Source of the DNA: an uncultured Bacteroides sp.
GTDB taxonomy: Bacteria > Bacteroidota > Bacteroidia > Bacteroidales > GCA-2748055
Reading direction: 5' to 3'
Length of the DNA stretch: 64,000 bases
Assembly: GCA_964601975.1 (NCBI GenBank)
Contig: CAZRPW010000009.1
Location: forward strand, 2,224 to 66,223
Below the pieces are notes generated by a model, which was not told where the DNA came from, ran no database searches, and saw only the letters and a list, made by a program, of their open reading frames with translations. The position numbers and the translations under genes were made by a program. Shown here piece after piece: positions 36,635 to 44,869 of this stretch (position 1 is the stretch's first letter; each line of letters opens with the position of its first letter).

Positions 36635-38128
36635 CTATTTAACTACTACTTTGTGTGTTTCGGATTTCTCACCGCTAATTACATTAATAAGATACATTCC
36701 TTTAGTCAGGCTTGACAGATCAACCTCCACTTTCGAGCTGTTGATGCTATGCTTACCTCCTACTAACATCCCACTGATACTGTAGATGTTGTAGCTGGAA
36801 ATATCTGAAGAGGAATTCTCAATATAAAGTCTTCCTTCTGCCGGGTTTGGATATACAACCATTTGAAGATCGTAAGATTGAAGGTCTTTAACTCCGGTAG
36901 TACCACCGCCGGTAAACCAAACATGGAAAACCGGACCTTCTTCATCCATATCAAAGGAATAGGCATTCCTGTTTGCATCCTCATTAACCAAGCCTGTCAA
37001 TACAAACATCATATTGTTACCGGCTTCCCATCCGTCATTGGCAATAATTTCAGTAACGATTGCACTTAAATCAGGGGTCTGCTGTGCCTCAAGAACATCA
37101 AATTCTGCAAGCCATGGTGCAGGAGCCCAGTCAACCGTTGCTGTTGTACTGGCTTTTCCGGAAACACCAAAACTGATTGCCTTGATGGAATCCACCTGGG
37201 CTGAATCAACACCATAAATTTGGAGATCGATAGCAGCGTCTGAATCAGTTTTAGCAACAAACTGGATATATGCCTTACTGATGGTTGCACCGGCTGGAAT
37301 CTGTACATCACGGAATAAGGTTCCAATGTATTGTGGGACGTCATCCCAGTATAATTCCAGGTCAGAGCTACCTCTCGATACATCTCCTACTTCTATCTCC
37401 CAATCAGGGACTGCGAGTGAGGCTTCTTCAGCATCATCATTTCCATCGACAATCGGTATTGCCAGGTGATCGGGTTCTGCTACAGCCTCGGTATACCAAA
37501 CATGGAAAACCGGACCTTCTTCATCCATATCAAAGGAATAGGCATTCCTGTTTGCATCCTCATTAACCAAGCCTGTCAATACAAACATCATATTGTTACC
37601 GGCTTCCCATCCGTCATTGGCAATAATTTCAGTAACGATTGCACTTAAATCAGGGGTCTGCTGTGCCTCAAGAACATCAAATTCTGCCAGCCATGGTGCC
37701 GGAGCCCAGTCAACCATTGCTGTTGTTCTGGCTTTTCCGGAAACACCAAAGCTAATTGCCTTGATGGAATCCACCTGGGCTGAATCAACACCATAAATTT
37801 GAAGATCGATAGCGGCGTCTGAATCAGTTTTAGCAACAAACTGGATGTATGCAGAATCAATGGTTGCGCCTGCGGGTATCTGAACACCACGGAAGAGCGT
37901 CCCAATGAATTGTGGAACGTCATCCCAGTATAATTCCAGGTCAGAGCTACCTCTCGATACATCTCCTACTTCTATCTCCCAATCAGGGACTGCGAGTGAG
38001 GCTTCTTCAGCATCATCATTGCCATCGACAATCGGAATTGCCAGGTGTGTCTGCTGTGCTGAAATCCCCATGAACATGAAGAAAGCGACACAAAGCATTA
38101 CCATTCTAAAGTAAAATTTTGTTCTCAT
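36635..38128 (-). CDS. T9SS-secreted protein made of two ~193-aa copies of an uncharacterised module
   Basis: I set the start at MRTKFYFRMVMLCVAFFMFMGISAQQ (38128), which gives a signal peptide. The track start at 38179 is unlikely. Two modules run HLAIPIVDGNDDAEEASLAVPDWEIEVGDVSRGSSDLELYWDD...PVFHVW. The C-terminal VVYPNPAEGRLYIEN...GMYLINVISGEKSETHKVVVK is a T9SS CTD. Confidence 0.8.
   Translation of the reverse strand: MRTKFYFRMVMLCVAFFMFMGISAQQTHLAIPIVDGNDDAEEASLAVPDWEIEVGDVSRGSSDLELYWDDVPQFIGTLFRGVQIPAGATIDSAYIQFVAKTDSDAAIDLQIYGVDSAQVDSIKAISFGVSGKARTTAMVDWAPAPWLAEFDVLEAQQTPDLSAIVTEIIANDGWEAGNNMMFVLTGLVNEDANRNAYSFDMDEEGPVFHVWYTEAVAEPDHLAIPIVDGNDDAEEASLAVPDWEIEVGDVSRGSSDLELYWDDVPQYIGTLFRDVQIPAGATISKAYIQFVAKTDSDAAIDLQIYGVDSAQVDSIKAISFGVSGKASTTATVDWAPAPWLAEFDVLEAQQTPDLSAIVTEIIANDGWEAGNNMMFVLTGLVNEDANRNAYSFDMDEEGPVFHVWFTGGGTTGVKDLQSYDLQMVVYPNPAEGRLYIENSSSDISSYNIYSISGMLVGGKHSINSSKVEVDLSSLTKGMYLINVISGEKSETHKVVVK
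36890..38047 (-). repeat. In-frame tandem duplication, period 579 bp (2 copies)
   Basis: Antisense track ORFs recur at an offset of 579 bp with identical peptides (36863..37069 vs 37466..37648; 37014..37217 vs 37593..37796). Long stretches are therefore nucleotide-identical. Confidence 0.9.
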
Positions 38129-38206
38129 AATTGAAATTTTTAGATTATTACTGTAAATAATAGTGAAAATTGATATCAAAAATATTTAGGACTATGATTA
38201 TAATTT

Positions 38207-39382
38207 TTATGGCTCAGTGACTTTATTGATGTATACATCATTCTTCTCAAAAGTGAATAATATGGGTGTGGTAAGATTAAGTATTTCCATGACCTGGCTG
38301 AGTGTTTCCTTATGCGCAAACTCGCCGGTATAGCAGTAGCTCTTTAATTCCTCATCCTGTATATGGATCTTCACATCATACCATCTTTCAAGTTTGTAGG
38401 CGATATATTCAAGTGTCTCACTTTGAAAGACCAGGCGATCATCTTTCCAGGCGGTATGCAGTTCAGTATTTACCTTTGATGTAACCAGGATCTGTGCATG
38501 TTCGCTTGGTGAATGCGACGATGTTCCCTGCCCTTTTTTCACAAGGGTAGGCTTATTGCTTTCAAGATCGGAAAGGATTGCCTGAGAGCCCTTCTTTACT
38601 AAGGTGATCTTTTGATTGGGTTTTAAAAGTACCTGCTGATCAATCGAAGCTTTCTCACCTCTGCGAACCACATTGATTGAACCCTCCACAAGGGTTGTTT
38701 CAACAGTTTCCTCATCACCATAGGCCATTACATTAAACCGGGTACCCAGAACCTCAACATCCAGCTCAGATGTTCTAACCAGAAACGGTGTTTTCTTTTC
38801 CTTCTTCTGAACCTCAAAAAAAGCCTCCCCTTCAAGATAAACTTCTCTTTTCCTGTTGCTAAAAGTAGCCGGATATTTTAAACTGGTTTCTGAGTTCAGC
38901 CAGACCTTTGTGCCGTCAGATAAGATGATCTGAGATTTTTGCCCTTTGCCTGTGATGATCTGGTTGTAGGCCATAGGCACGCTATCAGGCCTTAAATTGA
39001 GAAAAAAACTAATTGCCCAGGACAATGAAAATGCAAGCATAAATACTGCGGCAATCTTCATAAAATACAAGGGTGATTTCCCGGACCTTGAAGAAACCAA
39101 TGTATTCGACACCCGGGAGCTACCAGCTGTTTGAAGTGAATTATATGTATCCGATTGGCCAATTTTGCCCAGGATCTTTTCCCAGTCAGATGCCTTATCA
39201 GCCTCACTCATTTTCTCACCTGTTCCTGCAGCCCGCCAGAGAAATGCTATTTCATCAAAATCCTGCTTATTTCCTGCGTCCATTTTAATCCAAGACTCTA
39301 CCCATAACTTTTCAGCCTCGGTGGATTCGCCGGCTAAATATTTTATAACCTGTCCTTTGATTGCTATTTGCTTAGATTGCAT
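38207..39382 (-). CDS. FecR-family anti-sigma factor / transmembrane sensor (copy 1)
   Basis: 391 aa. It has an N-terminal anti-sigma region (YLAGESTEAEKLWVESW), one TM helix and a periplasmic FecR domain (VWLNSETSLKYP...EVYLEGEAFFEV). It is a paralog of 53028..54176. Confidence 0.85.
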   Translation of the reverse strand: MQSKQIAIKGQVIKYLAGESTEAEKLWVESWIKMDAGNKQDFDEIAFLWRAAGTGEKMSEADKASDWEKILGKIGQSDTYNSLQTAGSSRVSNTLVSSRSGKSPLYFMKIAAVFMLAFSLSWAISFFLNLRPDSVPMAYNQIITGKGQKSQIILSDGTKVWLNSETSLKYPATFSNRKREVYLEGEAFFEVQKKEKKTPFLVRTSELDVEVLGTRFNVMAYGDEETVETTLVEGSINVVRRGEKASIDQQVLLKPNQKITLVKKGSQAILSDLESNKPTLVKKGQGTSSHSPSEHAQILVTSKVNTELHTAWKDDRLVFQSETLEYIAYKLERWYDVKIHIQDEELKSYCYTGEFAHKETLSQVMEILNLTTPILFTFEKNDVYINKVTEP

Positions 39383-39598
39383 ATTCCTAATAACTATAAT
39401 TAATACGATTGACAGCCCTGTTCCCCTTACAAGGCCTCTGTTCTTTTACATATTTTGATGGAATCCGGACACTTATCTTAGAACTTTCAGTTCTTATGCA
39501 CCAGCATGAGCTTTATTCCTTCCGTGCGAAAAGAATTAAAGCGGTTACATATACACCTGGATATGTGCCTGTTATTTAAGATGAAATTATAATTGCCT

Positions 39599-41038
39599 TT
39601 AAAATGACTGCTTCTGATCAGTAATTTCCATGAACTCTAAAAAAACCACGCCATTGGCAGGAATAAAGAATTGATGGTTAGCATCCATTAGAAATTCTTT
39701 GCCTTCCCAGATATCCTTCATTTTAAATGTATGGGTATTCTCAACCACATTGTAACTATCCTCATATTTCGTAAATCCAAGGTCATACTTTGATAGTTTC
39801 ACTTTCCGGTTTGAAGTGGTTCGATTGAAAATTCCGACCCACCCTTTTCCAGGTTCATCTTTATCTGGTGTATACCACACATCCAGATTGCCAGCGCGGT
39901 AAACATTCACCCCCATTACACCATTCTGGTTACAAGCCAACATATCTCTGTTTGTAAGCAGTGAATATGAAAAATCATCCATCGTAAGCAGGTCGCCGCC
40001 GATAAACAGTGGTGATGCAGCAAGTGCCCTTTGTGTTATGAACGTAAGCATTTGATCCCGGGTAAAAAGGCTTTGCCTGCTTTTTTCTTCATCTGGTATA
40101 TCCTCCAAAAAATCAGGGGATTCAACACATAATCTCCCGAAGGGGATCATATCCAGATCGGGCCAGAAACCATTCCCTTCCAGGCCGGAAAATTTCTCCC
40201 AGGCATAAAACCCTTTTTCAATGCTTAATTGATTATCCCAGATATCCCGGGTAATGCGCAACATATTTGCCTTTTTATAATAGGGTAAATGAGACAGAGA
40301 ATGTACATCTCCGGGCGAAAGGCTATACATCATCTCAGATCCGGAATTGTCAATGGCTTTTGCAATAGCAAGGATTTCTTTTGGATTTGGAACCACATCG
40401 TCGACTTTGATAAAGTCAACACCCCACGATGCTAATTTTTCGATGACTGAATTATAATACTCCTGTGCCCCGGGTTTGCTCATATCAATCCCGTAGTTCT
40501 TATCGCTCCACAAACAAATATTTGTTGTATCTGCAATGTCTTTTGCGCTATACCCTGTACCTTTTATCGGCAGATTTTTCTCGACAGCCAGTTTCGGTAT
40601 GCCCCTGATGAACCAAACCCCAAATTTCAAGCCCTTTTCATGGGCATGATCAGCCAATGCTTTTATTCCATCCGGGAAATACACCTCGCAGGGTTCGAAT
40701 AAACCATACTCATCAATGGCAACACCTAATCTTCTTTTTGGATATTGTGTCCCTTTATAAAGTTCAACGTTATCATACCACCCGGCATCAATTACAAAGT
40801 ATTCATACCCAAATGGCCTGTACTTTTCGGCCATTACATCGATCATTGCATAGGCCTTCTCCTGGCTTAGAAAGACTAAATAGCTGTCAAAGCTATTGTA
40901 TCCAAGAGGAGGCGTGGGGGCCAGGTCAGAAATCAGGCTTCCCCTTACCTCGAGAGGCTCCTGAGATTTTAAAGGAGAATAAAACATTGTAATTGAAACC
41001 CATAACAATATATTGAATGTGAGTTTAAATTTGATCAT
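39599..41038 (-). CDS. Secreted clan GH-D (GH27/GH36-like) alpha-galactosidase-type glycoside hydrolase
   Basis: 479 aa with a signal peptide. YFVIDAGWYDN and WGVDFIKVDD blocks resemble the GH27 TIM barrel. The family assignment is tentative. Confidence 0.6.
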   Translation of the reverse strand: MIKFKLTFNILLWVSITMFYSPLKSQEPLEVRGSLISDLAPTPPLGYNSFDSYLVFLSQEKAYAMIDVMAEKYRPFGYEYFVIDAGWYDNVELYKGTQYPKRRLGVAIDEYGLFEPCEVYFPDGIKALADHAHEKGLKFGVWFIRGIPKLAVEKNLPIKGTGYSAKDIADTTNICLWSDKNYGIDMSKPGAQEYYNSVIEKLASWGVDFIKVDDVVPNPKEILAIAKAIDNSGSEMMYSLSPGDVHSLSHLPYYKKANMLRITRDIWDNQLSIEKGFYAWEKFSGLEGNGFWPDLDMIPFGRLCVESPDFLEDIPDEEKSRQSLFTRDQMLTFITQRALAASPLFIGGDLLTMDDFSYSLLTNRDMLACNQNGVMGVNVYRAGNLDVWYTPDKDEPGKGWVGIFNRTTSNRKVKLSKYDLGFTKYEDSYNVVENTHTFKMKDIWEGKEFLMDANHQFFIPANGVVFLEFMEITDQKQSF

Positions 41039-41042
41039 AGAT

Positions 41043-41693
41043 TTAGAATTGCTTAATATACTTGGATAATTGTTTCTTCAGGGATTTTATTGCCCGGTAC
41101 ATTTGTGTTTCTACAGTTTTTATGGAAATATCCAGTTCTTCCGATATTTCACGATACTTCATCCCTTCATACCTGCTTAATTTGAAAATCTCCTTGCATT
41201 TTTCAGGCAAATTGTCAATGGCTGTCAGAATGGAATTCCTTAATTCTTCGGTAATCAATCCGTCCAGCGGATGATCATCCGATGTGAAAAAGCCTGATTC
41301 AGTTTCCTGCATCTCCCTGACCCGCTTCTTCTCATACTCATATTCAATATTTAAATGTTTCAGATGGTCCAAACACTGATTGCGAACCGAGCGGTAGAGG
41401 TACGATTTTAATGATTGTTCACCCAGAAGCTCAGATCTTTTCTCCCAGATCCTGACGAAAACATCCTGGACAATTTCTCTGGAAGTATCCAGATCACAAA
41501 CAAATCGCTGCGCAAAACGACACAGGGATTCATAATATTCATTGTAGAGTTTCTCAAATGCTTCTATATCGCCGGCCTCTTTTCTTTCCTGCTCAAAGGA
41601 ATCCCTGCCTGCCAAAACCTCGCTTACAATAAGCGGCTGATTCTCCAGGCCCTCAAATACAAGATCCTTATAACTCTTCAGTAAATTAGCCAT
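41043..41693 (-). CDS. ECF (sigma-70 family group IV) RNA polymerase sigma factor (copy 1)
   Basis: 216 aa with region 2 (DTSREIVQDVFVRIWEKR) and region 4 HTH (MKYREISEELDISIKTVETQMYRAIKSLK). It is a paralog of 54314..54898. Confidence 0.85.
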   Translation of the reverse strand: MANLLKSYKDLVFEGLENQPLIVSEVLAGRDSFEQERKEAGDIEAFEKLYNEYYESLCRFAQRFVCDLDTSREIVQDVFVRIWEKRSELLGEQSLKSYLYRSVRNQCLDHLKHLNIEYEYEKKRVREMQETESGFFTSDDHPLDGLITEELRNSILTAIDNLPEKCKEIFKLSRYEGMKYREISEELDISIKTVETQMYRAIKSLKKQLSKYIKQF

Positions 41694-41708
41694 TCATTTT
41701 ATGCTCCT

Positions 41709-43175
41709 TTATTCAACAACATCAATAGTCCCAAGTGGATACCAGCCATCATCTCCTCGGCCTTCAATGGCCAGCTTAACCCTCGGCTCATACCTCAGGC
41801 GGTCCACAACAGCTACCTGGACTTCATAGCTGCCCGCTGGTAAATCAACAGGAATAAACACCGAATGATCATATACAATATCTCCGGGCAACCACTCCCG
41901 AATGTTTGCATCGGTTGGCAATACAAGCATATGATCGGCTGACTTAAGACGAAGGGCAAGTGTGAAATCTTTGTAACAGGGAGCCACCCCTTTATTCTCC
42001 CACCATGATCTGAAGCTTAGTTTGTTGTTTATTTTTACCTCATCCGGATAGGAGAATCGTCTCAGTACAAAGCGGTATCCCATTTTCCTTAACCAGTCAT
42101 CCACCAGGTCTTGCCACTCGGGCGGAACCGGGGAGGATTTAGCATTAAATGAGGACATATGCCATTTCAGAGCCTCATTGAATATGTACTGTACATCATC
42201 CCTGTCATAGCCCTCCTTCTCTTTCCACCTGCCAAATGTTCCACAAATTTCAAAACTGAGCGGTGAGCTGCGCCAATCATCTTGTACACCAAAATTTATG
42301 ATTTCAAGGGGATAATAATCATACATATGGGTAAAGCCATTCTCCTCATCTGCCCAGAACCCTATATCGCCCAGACAATCCACCCTCCAACCCACAGGTA
42401 TTTGGGACTTTGCATAGGTATTGGTTTCCTTATCCATAAGCAGTGCAATCAGGGGGGTCTTCCTGAATACATCCGTATAAGCATCCACGAGGGCTTCCAT
42501 GGTAGGCCTGCCCAGCAATTCTGAACCTTCTCCCTCTCCCCAGGCACCAACGATGGCCAGATCGACTGCCTCCAGGTCGGGATGACCATCATATCGCTCA
42601 CCCATGGCCCTTATAAATCTGCCAAAACATTTGGCATACCTGGGATCCAGAGCATTCACAGCCCACTTATCTTCCAGAACTTTAAATCCCCAATCCTTTC
42701 CGCTTCCTACAATCTCACGATACCAGCCGGGCACATCACTTTCATCAGTTGGGCCATAGGGCGCGATCCTGAGCAGCAGGGACTGTCCTCTCGACCTTGC
42801 AGTCTCCAGGGCCCTGTCAAGCATATCCCATCGATAAAGCCCCTTTTCGGGCTCCATAAACCTCCAGTAAATTCGAAAGTAGGCTATGCTGGTTGCCGGA
42901 TGATCAACATTAGTCAGATCTCCATCGAAATCCTGGTATTCAATAGGAAATCCTTCTGTCCAATCAATGCCTTCATTGAGAGCATCTCCATTAAAGCGCT
43001 GGAAAGTCATGAAACCCATTCCGGGATTGGTAAGAACATCCTGAATTTCAACTGGCCGAATTACAATCTCATTGTTAGCAATGGGTGTCTGGGAAAATAA
43101 CTGAAGCCCTGAAGCTGAAACAAGCAGTGCTAAGAATATCCAGGCCTTATTAAGTTCGATCTTGATCATCATCAA
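41709..43175 (-). CDS. Putative glycoside hydrolase, DUF4832-like (secreted)
   Basis: 488 aa with a signal peptide. It has YFRIYWRFMEPEKGLYRWDMLD and WWENKGVAPCYKDFTLALRL blocks and is a paralog of 25693..27186. Confidence 0.55.
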   Translation of the reverse strand: MMMIKIELNKAWIFLALLVSASGLQLFSQTPIANNEIVIRPVEIQDVLTNPGMGFMTFQRFNGDALNEGIDWTEGFPIEYQDFDGDLTNVDHPATSIAYFRIYWRFMEPEKGLYRWDMLDRALETARSRGQSLLLRIAPYGPTDESDVPGWYREIVGSGKDWGFKVLEDKWAVNALDPRYAKCFGRFIRAMGERYDGHPDLEAVDLAIVGAWGEGEGSELLGRPTMEALVDAYTDVFRKTPLIALLMDKETNTYAKSQIPVGWRVDCLGDIGFWADEENGFTHMYDYYPLEIINFGVQDDWRSSPLSFEICGTFGRWKEKEGYDRDDVQYIFNEALKWHMSSFNAKSSPVPPEWQDLVDDWLRKMGYRFVLRRFSYPDEVKINNKLSFRSWWENKGVAPCYKDFTLALRLKSADHMLVLPTDANIREWLPGDIVYDHSVFIPVDLPAGSYEVQVAVVDRLRYEPRVKLAIEGRGDDGWYPLGTIDVVE

Positions 43176-44854
43176 TTCTTTATTAATACTTTACTTCCTT
43201 TTTTATTGGCATACTCGAATGCACCTATATCCGGACCAACACTATTATATCTCATGCTCACTCCAAGGTTTGCTTCCCATGACAGCGCCCTGTCCAGCTT
43301 AAGGGTATTTGTTGTATAATCAATTGAAACAATAAGCGCATAGCAGCTTTGTCCTTCCAATTGAATGGTATCTCCGGAAATGAGACCAAAACCGTCGATA
43401 AACCAACCAGCATCATCCACTTCCATGCTTGTGGCATCCAAGCCTGAAGAGCTTGTAATTGTAAGGAAGGCCCCTGCATCAATCATCGGGCTGCCTTCTT
43501 TCAGATTAAAATCTTTATTTGCTTCATCCACAAAGTCCGGATTGGCCTGCAGGTTGCTATGGTATGCCTCCGGATAATTCGCCTCCCACCAGGTGAGACT
43601 TTCCGGGGCATCATTGGAATCAGAGTTTCGGCGTCCGCGGGCTATAACATACAACTCATCTGGCTCTGAGCTGAAAATATTATTATTCTCAATCCATATT
43701 CCAGAATCCCTGCCCGTAATAATCTGCACAGGTTTGTTATTGAGTTCCTCGTACCATGACCAGCGGAAATCGTTCTGTACAAATTGATTCTTATAAAAGA
43801 TGTTGTTCTTTATTTGCTGATCACTAAAGTCTGGACTGTCACTCCCTGAAATCTGGATCCCTCCGAAATCGTTGTTAAAAAAGACATTGTGAGAAATTCT
43901 GTTGCCATAATTGTTCCCTGCCTCATCAGGATAATAGGTCAATGCAAGAGGCGGCCCAACGTTTTCATAAAAAACATTGTTTCGTATGATCCCATTCTGT
44001 GCAGCATATTGAATTCCACTGTAAGGTGAATGATCACCTGAGGATGCAGTAAAGGCAAATATATTATCCTCAACCACATTATACTTTGCATCATCTACTG
44101 AATGTAGCTTTGGAAAATCACCCTCACCATATCCACAATTTGCACAATCATATATTTCTCCAATTTTTTGAATCTCATTGTGAAAATAGTTGCCTCGTAT
44201 AATGTTATAGTTACTGCATTTTAAAGTCCACAGCACATGAGTGGCTTTTGTAATTGTATTCCCTTCAATCAGATTATAATCACAATCGATCAGACCTATA
44301 TTGTCCTCGTTGCTATCGTGTATAATATTGTTCAGGATTTTCACATTGCTACAGGCCTGTAAGAAAAGCCCTGTTTTCGAACTTCCATATGGATTCAGTG
44401 CGTTTTCGAACTTATTTTCCCGGATAATAATATGGTGACAGCCCAGGGCATTGAACCACCTGTCCACATCGTGTACATGCAAGCCTTCAATAACAATGAA
44501 GTTTCTTTCCATGATCCAGATAGCCGGGGCAAGTAGTTCACCAGTCAGCTCGACCACCTCATTCTTATAATTTTTGAACGTTATGTAAGCGTTTTCCTGA
44601 CCCGAATATTTTGGGCTAAGCTGAACATTGTAAACACCTTCTCTTAAAAGCACCTCTGTGCCTGCATTTGCAGCATTCGCAGCCGATGTTAAGGTTTTAT
44701 AGGCATCGCCGTCAGAACCACTGCAATCCCGGTTTGCTACAGAATAGTTTCCGGCACAATCGGCTGTTAAGAGTGGATCAACATAAATGGTTTGTGCAAA
44801 GGACTGCGCAGCAATTAGTAAAAAAAAAATGTACAGCGGATATTGCTTCTTCAT
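43172..44854 (-). CDS. Secreted right-handed parallel beta-helix protein (polysaccharide lyase/hydrolase-like)
   Basis: 560 aa with a signal peptide. It has repeated beta-helix coils (NIIHDSNEDNIGLIDCDYNLIEGNTI, NNVFYEN, HNVFFNN, NNIFYKN) and no T9SS CTD. It is a close paralog of the core of 44870..47755. Confidence 0.75.
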   Translation of the reverse strand: MKKQYPLYIFFLLIAAQSFAQTIYVDPLLTADCAGNYSVANRDCSGSDGDAYKTLTSAANAANAGTEVLLREGVYNVQLSPKYSGQENAYITFKNYKNEVVELTGELLAPAIWIMERNFIVIEGLHVHDVDRWFNALGCHHIIIRENKFENALNPYGSSKTGLFLQACSNVKILNNIIHDSNEDNIGLIDCDYNLIEGNTITKATHVLWTLKCSNYNIIRGNYFHNEIQKIGEIYDCANCGYGEGDFPKLHSVDDAKYNVVEDNIFAFTASSGDHSPYSGIQYAAQNGIIRNNVFYENVGPPLALTYYPDEAGNNYGNRISHNVFFNNDFGGIQISGSDSPDFSDQQIKNNIFYKNQFVQNDFRWSWYEELNNKPVQIITGRDSGIWIENNNIFSSEPDELYVIARGRRNSDSNDAPESLTWWEANYPEAYHSNLQANPDFVDEANKDFNLKEGSPMIDAGAFLTITSSSGLDATSMEVDDAGWFIDGFGLISGDTIQLEGQSCYALIVSIDYTTNTLKLDRALSWEANLGVSMRYNSVGPDIGAFEYANKKGSKVLIKN

Positions 44855-44869
44855 TGGAGAATATCTTTG

